Origin: Lingula anatina
Lineage: Eukaryota; Animalia; Brachiopoda
Assembly (NCBI GenBank): GCA_051362555.1
Contig: CM120640.1
Location: 6,076,001-6,140,000 of the forward strand
Length of the DNA stretch: 64,000 bases
Direction: 5' to 3'
Shown one piece after another: positions 14,310 through 27,381 of this stretch. Each line of letters starts with the position of its first letter. Within the stretch, counting starts at the first letter, position 1. Below the pieces are notes generated by a model, which saw only the letters and a program-made list of their open reading frames with translations, was not told the origin of the DNA and did not search any database. A program made the position numbers and the translations under genes.

Positions 14310-17300
14310 AATATGATCTGAAATCAGAGAGAAAATGACATTTCTTAATGACTTGTACAGATGTCGCCTGAAGTGAGCTTCGTATCAGGCTTCAGTGGTA
14401 CCCTGAGATCATTTTAATCCTTTATGAAGACCTTGGAGTGCACTGGAATCTTTTTTTAAACATAGATTTACACATGATCATGGTTCTACAAGACCTTTCA
14501 ACAGAGACTCAACATTTCTTCTTAAATTCCCAATGCTTCTTGGACTCATAAATGTGGATTATCATAAATCTACTTATCCTTAATGATAACCCTTTGTTTG
14601 CATGAGGAGACCACCTGCTTTGAAAATCAACCCAATAAACAGCAACTTACAGCATCTTTTTCAAATGTGGCTTGAAATAATATTAATAAACAAAAACAGT
14701 ATACCTGGAGTATCAGAAAAAACGTCAAACACAGAAATATTTAAAGAAACTGAATCTTAGCTCCAGAAAATACATATATATGAACTTTCTATCAGATCAC
14801 TCTGTCTGATTACTAGTAAGCAGTCTGCAACTCTATATGCTGTGCATGACTGTGCAGAAATGTTAAATAAATCAGTCTCACACTTTCTGCAATACAAAAT
14901 CTAAATCAATAGCTTTATTTAAGTAGAGTTATGTGATTTGAACTGACAAATCAATAGCACAATGCAACAAGGACTGTTGCCTTGAATATTGCTTTAATGT
15001 TTCATCAATTAACGTAACCACAATGAGGTCTAACATACAGTGAAAGGTCTTCACTTGGCCTCTTTCCAATGACTACCCAAACTCAGTATAAATTCACTCA
15101 TTTTTCTTAAATTAAAAATTTTAACAATCATGGAAAACGCATGCACGCACACATACACATACAAACAGCCTCTCTTCACCCATTTCCAATTAAATACCTC
15201 ATGCAGAGTAGTAGGCTTCACATTAACAAAATGAACGGCCCATTTCATGTCACAGACTTGCTGCTTGACATACGAAACAATCTGCACCTTGGCAATGAAT
15301 TTATTTTCAAACATTTGACAATTTTCATCAACCACAGCCAATTATAAATTCACAAACGACATTGAACACCTTTCTTTCTAACCAAGCCATGACACAACTT
15401 CAATCTATTATTTCCATGGGTGGACAACAGTTTGTATGGATATCATTTAGAACTGCAGACTATGGAGCTTTCCTGTTTGTAAAGTGAACTCTTGACACAC
15501 ATTAATTTTACACTGCCGCTCACTGGAGACATTTCCCCACTTCCTCAGCCCACTCGGCTTTGTTGACGGATCACTTTGTTATTCAATGTCTATTTGGACA
15601 ACAGACAAAACACCTCTTTCTACTTTTATCTTTTTTTTTCTATTCAAAGTGAATTGGATCAGCAATACCACTCCCCCTCCAACTACCAAATTTGCATGTT
15701 ACGATGCCATCTGAACAATTAATAATATAAAAAACTTGAAAAGCACTGCAGGCTCAGAGCTCTGTCAAGGCACCCCAATTCTCAATGAATCATAAAGTAA
15801 TTAAAAGTTCAACACCAAACTCCACTACATTCTAAGTAAGGCCATTTCTAACCTATCTTGAAATTTTACTATAATCCACCCACATTTTCTTTTGTTAGGT
15901 TGTAAATAATAGACCAACAAAAGCTGAAAACATAATTTACTATGCTTGATAAAAATAATAATAAATCAACATTAATATTCGTCACAGTCACAGAAACAAA
16001 TTCCAACTTTTGATTTCCATATCTTGCATCATAGGTAAATCAGAAAAATATCAGAGCTACCAATGTTATAGCTTACAGCACTGAAAATCTAGGTGCCTTT
16101 CTTTTTAGTTAAGAATATGTTGAAGTAACTTGTTGTGTTACAACAATATAATTTCAGTAAGTATAGTTTGATAGTTTTTATTGACATACCCTTCCAAACC
16201 CCTATGTCTTAACAGATTCACCCAATTCAGTGATAAAAATTAATTTTTCTCTTATCAATTTCTCTTTTCTGAATTAAAATAAAATAATAATTAGGTTGAT
16301 GTGCAACAATATTAAAAATCAACCTACTTATATAGCAGCACACATAAGACTGCAAATACTTCTGAGCTATTTCTTGCTGAACATCAGGATTAGAAAAGAC
16401 CACTTGTTCTGTTAGCAACAAAATAATTTTCATATTCATCAGCATACAGATGCCTGGATTTTCACTTGCCTTGTCACAAGTGTAGTAAAGGGCATATCTC
16501 AGTAGTAGCATTAATAAGTTAAAATAAAGAGTGGCTTCAGGGTATTATCTTTTTCTATGTCCTCCATATCAAATTTACAACTGTCATAGACAAATGTGAC
16601 ACCTTTCTAATAGGAAAATGACAAGACTCACCATTTCCAAAACGGGAAGAAAAGCTTAAGGCACAATGTGGTCTGATAAAGCATGTTTCAAAATCAGGTT
16701 GAGGAAAGGAAAGACTTCCTCCACTTCCCCTACTTGACATCATGATCTGATCAGTAATGGCGAAATGGAAAGGTATGAAATACAATGAGAACTTGATTAC
16801 ATTCAGGTGGACTGTGAATGCTTTGCTATATACCCATTTTTATCTCAATGGGTAAAACAGCTGCTTTAACCCTTGCACCAAAAATATTGCCCAATTGAGA
16901 AAGAGAGAGAGAAAGAGAGAGAGAGATTGCCATGGTCTTTTTCATTCTACTGATGTTACATTATCAGCAGAGTTTTTCATGTATTCTAAAAGAAAAAGAA
17001 AAAGAATACCGTTTAACACATTGAATAAGAATCATTTTCTACCAAAAGCACATGAAATAAAAAATTGCATATAGATATGATACATACCAACATTTCTTAA
17101 CATCATTTTGCAATGGACTTTCCAAATGTTACATTTTTTTTTGAAAGTTTTTTTTATTGTTTTGACAAGATCTCCACTGATGTCAAATGTTTCACAAAGA
17201 AAATAATTTTAAGAAAATAATTAATCAACAAGCATTTCAGTCTATTCATATTGGTATTTTTCAAATCAATAAAAATTAAACAAAAACCTGTTGCTGAATA

Positions 17301-19296
17301 AACTGTTAACAGTTGAGATTAATTTCTCTTATAGCATTAAAGAGTCAAACTGGACATGTGGAATATATTGTTTTTTACCACCCTGGTGTTGGGTTAAATT
17401 GTTTAAGTGGCCCGCTGGAGTTGGTCCTATAGATAGAGGCAGCCCCTATAGGTGATCTATGCCTTTAGTGACCAGTCCAGGTACAAAGTATGCATACCTG
17501 ATATAGGAGCCCACATGGCACCCCTGGATATCTGCACTCATTGTGGAAGTACACCTCTCTGCAAATAACTATTGACCAACTAACTTTATTGCATTTAATT
17601 CATCAACTTACACTGTGGTCAGACTTCTGCATCTGACCGACCCTTCACAATGCCTAGCTGGTCAGTAAAACAATAAAGACCTGGGCAGCTGATGTAAATG
17701 AACTGTCCAGTCAGTTATGCAACTGGCCCAGGAATTTGATTTATACTTCAATTGAGCTGAAATATTAGGGTACATAGACAGAACTCATGACAATTGCTAG
17801 GGTCTATAACCCCTCAACAGATCTATGTCAGATGTTACATAAAACTTTGCCTGCTTTCTTTTACTGAGAGTTTAATGTTATGTATATCAAAGGTAAAGAA
17901 ACCACAGGTGAAAGACCTCGGTATATATAAAGTAATGGAGACATCCTCATACCATTTAGTACGTGTTGGGTTGAGATCACAGCACTTTTTTTGTTTGTTT
18001 GTTTGTTATAAACACATCATTTCACTAGTTGTTAACAACAAAAAGTAAATACGTAAAAAAATACATAACAACAGATCTAAATAACCTTTACCTCTTGGCA
18101 GAGAAATTTATATGAATTTTACCTATCTACTGTGAGTATTAAATACAATTTTCTATTTAAAACACCCATGTCTTGCAGCCCATGCACACTGGGACTTAAA
18201 CAAGCATAAGGTCAGGGCCTAAGAGAACCTGTGGCAGAAACTGCTCATTTAAAAAAGCAAAAAGAAGTAGAAGATAACATCTACAACATATAAACCCCCT
18301 TGGCTTAAAAAATAACAATTCACTTAATCAGATGCAGTAATCTAAAAGTCTGATCTGCAGAATATTCACAATATACACTACTTTACAATTGCACCAGTTT
18401 TAAGTTACTACTCTTGTGAATACTATTTCTGAAATAGTATCAGTGATTTTCTTCTGCTGAATAAAACAACTTAGTTTGAATGATGTTACAGAGACAGATT
18501 ACAAATAAAATGGATGGTGAAAAAATGTTGATCAAATCTACAGGATTTTCAAATGAACCATTAAAAACTCATATACAATAAATATACTCATATACATTAA
18601 AAACTCAGGTACAATCTGTGAATAAAGGATTTGCTTAGTGAATGCAGAATTTAAAATGTAGAATATTTTGACTTGGGCACAAAAAATAAACCAAGTTTAC
18701 CATCACTGCAGATAATATTCAGCTTGCCTCATCTTCTAAGAATTTTAAACCAAAAGACAATAAACTACCTCTATCTACACCTGGAACAGCATGGTATTAA
18801 CAATGTTATCTGAAAGACATGGTCTTAATATTCTACTGGTACCTCTAGCACACCTATTTAAATTTAAATACAATTCCAACACATCTGCTAATATAGAAAA
18901 AGCTTTAATAGAAGAACTAGAGGCTGAGCATTCAGACTTAGTGGCATGCTGTTGCTACGTTGACCCCCCTCCAAGCTGAAGACTTTCTTATTCAATCAGG
19001 CATATTTGCCAGGAGTCAGGTTTGAGCTTTCTATGATAAACAACACGCTAAAATACATATAGCACAATAATAAGCCACATTATAAAACAAACAAAAACAC
19101 CTGCTCAGGTATTTGACCTGTATCATGTAACTGACTAGTCAACATGGTTTCATTTTAAGTTAGTCAAAAGCAAGCCCAGGCATATTTAATTAGTTTTATC
19201 ATCAAATTTATCACTGTGTTGACTCTATCATTCTTCGTTCATTTGTCAGCATTAAAAATAAATTCTTTATTTTCCCAAAAAAACAATTCAACTTAC

Positions 19297-19755
19297 ATTT
19301 TGAAGATTCTTTCTGTCAAAGTCGCCCGATTTTTTCCTCCGCTAGCAGGCCGGCTGACTGACAATCAGTCGCGCTATGGAGTCGGTTTACCAACACAATC
19401 AGCTGTTTTCCGCTGGATGCTGAATCAGCTAACTCATGAATAGAATGTATCAAACACTCCTTATCTTCCACGAAAAAAGAATTCAACTAGCCCTTGGTCG
19501 ATATACCCGATCAATGCAAAGGAACGCTACGCTGATAAGCTACCCCAAACACCAACTTTCACGATTAGAGTAACCTATTTGTGACTGTTCTAAGCATTTT
19601 GTTTCGAGCTCTTCTGCACGAATAATGGGTCAAGGTTCTTAGGTCACGGTATTGATTTTAGACCAATCAAAATGTGGTATTTTCTGCACACCGCAACGAA
19701 ATAGGATCAACTTCCGTGTGAGATCAGTGTGAGACTCAGAAAGACGAGTTTAACA
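19297..19755. promoter_or_regulatory. Putative bidirectional promoter between CASTOR (-) and PRCC (+), including a probable non-coding first CASTOR exon
   Basis: Local CpG enrichment in CpG-poor DNA; minus-strand donor GTAAGT at 19296-19291; CCAAT box ~19663; ETS-like ACTTCCG ~19710; PRCC ATG at 19756. Confidence 0.6.
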
Positions 19756-21903
19756 ATGTCACTTGTATCATATGGAAACAGCGATAGCGAGGAAAGCGAC
19801 AACGAGGAGATAATAGAGGCAAAAGATGAAGCTTTGAAGCAGGATAATAAGGCTTTGCAAAGCCGATTAGAGCCCTCTTTCCTTGCCAGTAGCAACAACA
19901 ACGGCAGTGTCCCAACGACTAGTTTGTTAGCAGGTACAGGTACATGTTCAGTACATTGAAGATCAAGCGGCAATAATTAAAATATGAGAAATTTGCCTAT
20001 TTTTTCGATAAAAGTTCATTTTAGAAGGGAAATCCCGGTTAGGATAACTTGAAGTGTTAGGCACAGAGTATATTCAAATAATGTTTTATTAACTGGTTTG
20101 AAACTCTCAGTGGAACTATAATCAAGATTCTTCAGAAGTTGCTTCAAGTTCATATCATTCACATCCAAATAAAGTTAATGTTCCAGTATAAATCCGTTCA
20201 CTTCCAGGCTTACCTCCTCCTAAGTCCAGTAGACAGCAAGCCCCAACTGAATACACAGAAGAAGATGAAGTGCTACCCAATTCTAGCATGAATCTCCCAG
20301 CACCAGTTCTTCACAAAGGAGGCCTGAATTTACCACAGCCAAAAAAGGCGAAAGAGAGACAGAAAGTCAAAATTGCCATACCGAATCTGACATCAGTTGA
20401 CTCAGATGAGGAAGATGAACCTGCACCCAAGAAAATAAAGCCTGCAGCAGGTTTGTTATATGCTTGTTCTTGCTTACAGTGATGTGCTGGGCTGCAAGTT
20501 ATTCTGTCAGACAATTTCCTTTAGATCTTTTCTGTGTGCCTTACATCTTTATCTTTATGCATTTATGTAACTTTTGTATGTGTTTGTGTATTTTTTTGTA
20601 TATTTAAAAGTGTTCATATTAATTTGCTTGCTTTTATGACAGTCTTTCATATGTGAAATGTTTACCCATTGGATTTTCGTTTTCTTAGTCAAACATTAAA
20701 TGTCTCTTTTTTTTCTCAGTTTTTTTTTTTACATTTTGGTCTATTACTTGATAACAGATTTATTTTAAAATCTTCATAATCATTTTATCATTTAAGGGAA
20801 GTGTGGCTTGTTTGCTGTACTACCTGCCCCGAAAAATGCTGTGACAAAGCAAACAACGCGTCCTTTGGTTCCACACACCCTTACCCAGAAACCTGCACCA
20901 AAACCTCCAGTTCCTAAACTTCCAGTCAGTGTGAAGCAGACAAGTGGGGTAGCAAGTAGAAACAAACTAGTAGATGTTGACAGTGATGAAGATGAGGAGG
21001 GCAATGACGTCACTGGTGGAAGCAGCTTTTTCTCATTTGCTGACAAAGAGAAAGACACAATTGAAACAAATAGTACTGTGCCACCAGTGTCTGTTCCAAA
21101 GGAAAGGACTACAAGTAGCGTATTAAAACAAAAATTACCAGATGCAGTAGCTAAAGCACTTAGTTCTACAGGAACTACTTTAAATACAAACAATGAAACA
21201 TCAACCACAGAGGAGCCATTGAGTGGTCCCAGATTTGATTACAAAACTGAAATGGCTTATGGAGGAGGCTACACAGGCACTGAGACAGCTTCTGGAGGTT
21301 ACATTACTCCTGGGACATCTGATGAGCATGGAGCAAAGGGTATAGACTATGGCAGTAATGAAGCTTACTATGACTCTCAGGGTGTGGACTATAATAATAG
21401 TACAGCATATTATGGGGGTTATGAGCAGGGAGGTGCTTCATACTATCAACAAGAAGAAGTTAACCAACTGATGCAAGATCAAGAGTTCCTAAAGTAAGTT
21501 ATTTTCACAGTTATGATCTAAGAATAAGTTTTAGCATTTAGGTAATTGTGTTCAGCTGATTAAGGTTTTACACATTGATCAGGGAAAAAATTAAAGCTAC
21601 CAATTTGATCTTAATTTCAGAATTCAAGGAAAGAAAAAACGAGGCAAAGAGGAGATCCAGATCATAGATGCCAATGCTGATGATGTCTTGGACCCTATGG
21701 AGTATACAAAAACCCTGTCAGCAGAAGTACCTTATCAGTCTCACAAGAAGAAAGATGGCTCTATGCCCACCAGCCAGCAGAGAAAGAAGCACCAGATCAC
21801 CTACCTAGCATTCCAGGCCAAGGAGAGGGAACTGGAGTTGAAGAATGAATGGTCACAGAATAGAATGACAAAGAAACAGACACAATCCAAATATGGATTC
21901 TAG
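19756..21903 (+). CDS. PRCC: Proline-rich protein PRCC, ~466 aa
   Basis: Exons 19756-19933, 20208-20450, 20797-21493, 21621-21903. N-terminus MSLVSYGNSDSEE, GLFAVLPAPKN motif and the diagnostic C-terminus PTSQQRKKHQITYLAFQAKERELELKNEWSQNRMTKKQTQSKYGF. Confidence 0.95.
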
Positions 21904-23985
21904 CAGGATTTAATTTTTGTTTTCGTTATAAACAAAGGTTTGGTTGAGGAGTGGATCCAGATGTGGACTCTGGCAACAATCCTGTTATTATGGGTTTTGT
22001 CACTGCCAAACTCAATACAATTTAAAAGCAGTGATTCAGTGCATATGTTCCAGAAACAAATTGTGTACTGAATCAGTTTAAATGGGAATTTAAATTCTGT
22101 GAGGCCCAATGGCGATGTATTGTGGCACATAGAATGGGTTGCTGAAATGACAAGAACAACTGAAAAATAGCTGGTTTGGATTTGTTAAAGCTGATACTTA
22201 CAGCATATTCAGCAGAAGGAACGGAGTGAATGTCACATGAAGAGTTACCATTTGTATAAATCTAGTGGAAAATATTAAAGTATTTATTAGAATGAACCAA
22301 TGTTAGATAGACTATTATTAAGTAGCATGCTAATCATATGTATTTTGTTATGTCCTTAACAAATCAAACACTCAAATAAAACACTATTTAGTTTGATACA
22401 TATTTATTTTATTTATAATTTTTACCAAATCGTTACACAATGTAATTCTTTAATTTTCAAATCCACTGCATTTAATGGAAATGGCCATGTTTTACACTTA
22501 AAACTGATGACCAGTTGAAGTGTTTAAATAAAACTTGAATGTTTTGGTCAAAATAATTAAGACTAGCATTTTACAAACAAATCAAGTCCACAAACAAACG
22601 TGGACTGCATATGCAGACAATTATATCCACACCCAATATGGCACCTAAGATCTAATATACCATTTACCGTTTATTAGATCTTAGATGGCACTAACAGTCT
22701 TGAAAAGATCTTGTTTCTTGGTGAAAAACAAGGATGGAAAAAAGGAATGTTCAAATTGGATGAAACCCCAAAAACAAAAGGACAGCAACCACACCATTCC
22801 ATTACAAGCCAATAGAATGGTTCAAGGAATGTAAATTTGAGGAAATCTTGAATCTTGAACCCTGGATAGAGTTACAATTACTTCTTGCAAATTTTGTCAC
22901 CAGTTTTTTCCAAACACCGTAACTTCGTAAGTATATACTAATTGAAGCCGACTCCATAACTCCTCACCTTACATTATTTATCTCAATTGTGCTACACATT
23001 TTTTTTCTTTTTTCACTCCTTAAAACACATCACCTTACTCAAAATCTGTAACTTGAAATATTGAGTAACTCTTACTAAATTGTCGGTTGTTTTATCCAGA
23101 ATCTTAAAGGATTTACTGCGCTTAAATAGAACCAAAAGATTGCCCCAGAAACTTTGTGTACTTGGATTCTTTGTGCAATTTGGCCCAAAAACTTAATGAA
23201 TAAACTCAAAAGGTGCAGCTTCTCATAAAGATTACATTTGCATTTTCACCATAATATAAGTTCATCTTGAATATTAAATATGAACATTGTTCCTTTCTGA
23301 ATTTGTCAAAAAGGCTCGTGTTTGGTACAATGAAATACGTAAGCTTATAAACATTGCTTAACTCAATTCTCCATGCATCTCACCATCTCCAGCACCAAAA
23401 TGTCCCTTAAATTATACAGAAGCTACAGTTTATCAAATGAGAGCAACCGGGACTGTCCTTGAAACAGACTTGGTGTTGTAATAGATTGCACATTACCAAA
23501 TTCCTACAACCTTAAATTTAACTTCATTTCAAATACATGAAATTTTAAGATTAATGATACAGATCTTACTTTGAAATTTGGCTGACACCCAATTTACCAG
23601 TCATTATTTTACTTTTAGATTGCACAATACTTAAAAATATGGCAAATATGATCATAAGGCAACTGAAAACTGCTGAAAAGATGACATGCTGCAAGAGGAA
23701 ATGTCAGTTACAAACTGAAACAATCTGACAAGAAATGCAGAAACGTCTTTCAATTGATGAAAATCTGTTATCATGCAATTAATGAAAATGAAATTTAATC
23801 AAGATGTTGTGGATGAAAGATTTTACACATATGAACATACTGGGGTAGTACTGTCATATATTTGCAATGATGAATGTACTTTATGTAAATAACAATGATT
23901 GTACTTAAATGATAAGAGCAGTCGCCATCAGAATAAGCATACACAATTTTAATTTCACTTTTAACTAATCATTGCCTTGTATTCA

Positions 23986-25051
23986 CTATGAAAACACAAT
24001 TTGTATTCTGTAAATACATTTCTGACAATTCTGTCCATAATAATATTTGCATCTTCTTTTGGCTTCATGACGCATCACATTAAAGCCATCTTCAACAAGA
24101 TCATTTTCCAAACAACGTATAAAGGTCTCTTCATCTGCCAGAGCTTCCCACGGCCCCACATTGATATGAGCCTGGTCTGCCACACAGTTGTGATTAGTGT
24201 TAAAGTTTGGTGCTTTGGGTACAAATTCTTTTCTAAAGGCATAAATAATCACTTCCCCTGCTTTATTCAACACAGTGGCATTTTCTACAGCAGTTTTTAT
24301 TGTCCTCTGCTTCACCTCAAAGTAATTTGGAAACTGTGCCCTGTGTGCCTCACTGACCAAGAGTTTGGACACCCTGGGGGTGGTGGTCAGCTGCTCCATC
24401 AGGTCATATAAGCCATAGTACATTGCCTCTTTGTACACATACTCTGCTACATCTTTAGGAGCCAAAGTCCCATGACGTAGGTATTCTAAAATATATCCAA
24501 AGTATCTTCCATTGCTGTCTATGAAATAGTTGCCATCTTTGTCTTTGTCAATATGGTGTCTGCCACTAAACATGGCTGCAAGCATGGAATCACTGTATTT
24601 AGTTAGAGTGGAGAGACGAGTCATGAAATGAATTCCGCCAACATTTAGTGGAACGATTCGAGGAAACTGGAAATTAAATGTAAAATATATCATTATCTGA
24701 GCTTAAATGTACAAATGTTGAAAAAAATTATGCATCATGAACAAAGTCTCAATTAATCTTCAAAAATCTTAAAAAAGAAAAAAATTATTAGTAAGCAATA
24801 CAGTTTCACTTCCAGACTGGCGTCTTTGTTCTTGCGAGTTACTTCAGCTACTGTAGCTAATGATTGTGCGTGGCTATCTTCACCTTTTCCTTCTCATCGC
24901 TAGGCTCGAGCACTTCAGCATCGCCTGTGCTCTTTTGCACTTTTTGGTTACTGTGTATATATGATGCTTGTTTTTCACCAGCGATCTCTGAAAGTGACAG
25001 CAGGCTTAAGTTTGCCGATGGAAAAAATTCTTGAACCTCGTCTGCTGCCAT
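23986..25051 (-). CDS. KCTD7: BTB/POZ domain protein, KCTD7/KCTD14-like, ~282 aa
   Basis: Exons 25051-24884 and 24666-23986. BTB_2 motif FPRIVPLNVGGIHFMTRLSTL..YSDSMLAAMFSGRH....DKDGNYFID resembles KCTD7; C-terminal GPW motif present. KCTD7 versus KCTD14 orthology is not resolved. Confidence 0.85.
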
Positions 25052-25367
25052 ATTGACAAATTTTAATCATGACTTACCACATATTTAAAAGTATATATAG
25101 TAAATGCTTACCACATTTTAAAACCTCAATATTGCTCTGATTTTGCCATATGATAAAAAAAAATATTTTTTAATTTTTATAAGTGATGATCATTATTTGA
25201 AGCAGATATTTGTGAAAAATTATTTTATAACATATTGCATATTTGGGTTCGTCGTGTTTCAAATGCCCATTTAAACCAATCAGCTGCTGCAATATATTTT
25301 CACCTTTTTCTCCTAACAGCTGACTGCACATAAAACTTCCGGTAAATGTGAAAGTAGGAAGTGAAAG
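25052..25367. promoter_or_regulatory. Short bidirectional promoter between KCTD7-like (-) and the phosphatase gene (+)
   Basis: Only 316 bp between the two ATGs; CCAAT (aaccaatcag ~25275), ETS sites ACTTCCGG ~25336 and AGGAAGT ~25356. Confidence 0.65.
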
Positions 25368-27381
25368 ATGTACCAGTTCGCCCATAATTTCCGTCAAGTT
25401 TATCCGATTCTAAATGATCCCAAGAAGCATGGCAACCAAACAGATGGACCAGGTACACTGTATAGGTCTTCAAGACCAGATTTCATGACAGAATCTGAGG
25501 TAGATAAGATGAAAGAAATGGGTATCCAAAGCATAGTTGACTTGCGGTCCCGTTCCGAGTACCTGAAGGCAACTGGCGACAAGCACTTAGATCGCATCTA
25601 TAAACCCTTGAAGGTGCTTCTACCAGGATTTTTAGGAAATAAGCCTTCAGACGCCGTTAAAGTGAAGGCATTTAAAACGACAGCGTGTCCCAGCAACGCG
25701 AACACCTCTACTGAACAGAGCAGAAAACACTATTTTATCAACTTCTATAATTGGAATTATATTTGGACAATATTCAACCGAGCGACATGGTATATTAAGT
25801 TATACGGCATTCTGCTTTTGGTCATAGACGTGATATTCCACACAAACTACAAACACTTCATCCGTTTATTTGCCAGAAACGTATTGAATGTTGGAGGGCT
25901 TTTAGAGCAGTACATAGACATGATTGAAATGAGCCAACCTAGTATATGTGCAGGTAAGAAATTCATTCATTAACATATGCAAAATACTAGTAGGAGGTGA
26001 GGCCCTTTTATAAAACTAATGTTACATTTGAGGGGTAGGAAATAAAGAGCCCCAAGCTTACCCCTCTGTACAGTACATACATTGGCTGTTTCATGTGACA
26101 TTCAGTGCCTTAATGTTATGTGTTTTGTAGTTGTGTTGTCAGCTGAAGTCAGATACACTAGACTATGAGAATAAGTACAGGCATTTAGTATTAGTCAGCA
26201 TTTACAGATCATTAAACTTTATATTTATTGCACCACACATTTTTCACTTTCATACATCACTATATGTTGCCTTTTCAGCTCTCAAGCTTCTTGCTACTGA
26301 AGGGAACCTCCCAGCTGTCATTAACTGTGCCCATGGAAAAGACAGAACAGGCATTTTAACTGCCCTTGTCTTGTCATGTGTAGGAGCATCGAGGGAACAC
26401 ATTGCTAGGGATTATGCTCTCTCTGAGGTATTGTGGTGGTTTCAAATTATGTGTGCACTGTTAGTACAGTATGAAATTTAATGCCACTCTTGAAAACAGT
26501 GTCATGCACTGCTCACACTACCATATAACATACCTAGTTTGGTCTTATAATATAACATTTTGAAGACTTGAATAGGCACTGACTATATTAACTCCAGTAT
26601 GTGGTATATAACCAATGTAGCTATTTTTTCAAGAGATCACAATATTAATGAAGCCAAATTCTTAAAAGCAGGGTTGTATCTCATTTTCAGTCATGGCTTG
26701 TATCATAGTAAATAAAAAAAAATAAATATTTAAATATTTTTAAAGTTAAAGACAGAAGTATAAATTCTTGTTAAATTTCATTTTTTTGATTGATTTATGA
26801 ACATCATAGACATGATTGTCTGTTAAATTACAGGCAGAGCTAAGGCCAGTGCATTCTAGATGCCATGATGAAGTAGTAAAGAAATTTCATATGAGTGAAC
26901 AGTTTCTGAAGTCTGACGTTGAAACCATGGAAGGATTACTGGATTACATTGATAGAGAGTGAGTGTGCAAGTCTAGAAATAGTTGTTCTTAAGGTGTTCT
27001 TTTGTGTTTGATGGAACAAGCCCGTAGCCAGGGGGGGTTCAGGGGGTTCAAAAGAACCGCCCCTTTTAGTGGGGAAAAGGTACACTCGGGGTAAAATTTG
27101 ATCTATGTTCATGAAGTTTTCATGGAAAAAGGTCCACTTTTTCAGAAAAAGAACCCCCCTTTTGAAATTGCTGGCTACGGGCCTGTGGAAGCTGTTGTTG
27201 AAAACAGTGCTAGTTTTAATTGTTTGTTTTTTGAAAATGTATCTTACAAAATAGAATATACAATGAAATGTTGATAGATAAACTTTTTTTTAGGTATGGT
27301 TCTGTTCAAAGCTACTTGGAATGCATTGGATTTGGACAGGTGGAACAAGAAAAATTGAAAAAGAATTTAGATGGGATGTAA
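25368..27381 (+). CDS. Cysteine-based protein/lipid phosphatase of the PtpB/IphP (Y_phosphatase3) family, 315 aa
   Basis: Exons 25368-25953, 26279-26427, 26834-26958, 27294-27381 (948 nt). Family motifs in order: HNFRQV, LYRSSRP, IVDLRS..E, P-loop NCAHGKDRTG, IARDYALSE, YGSVQSYLECIGF. Confidence 0.9.
27017..27185. mobile_element. MITE (169 bp) in phosphatase intron 3
   Basis: TIRs CAAGCCCGTAGCCAG / CTGGCTACGGGCCTG (1 mismatch), internal G- and C-runs, TGGAA directly flanking both ends (27012-27016, 27186-27190). Confidence 0.85.
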
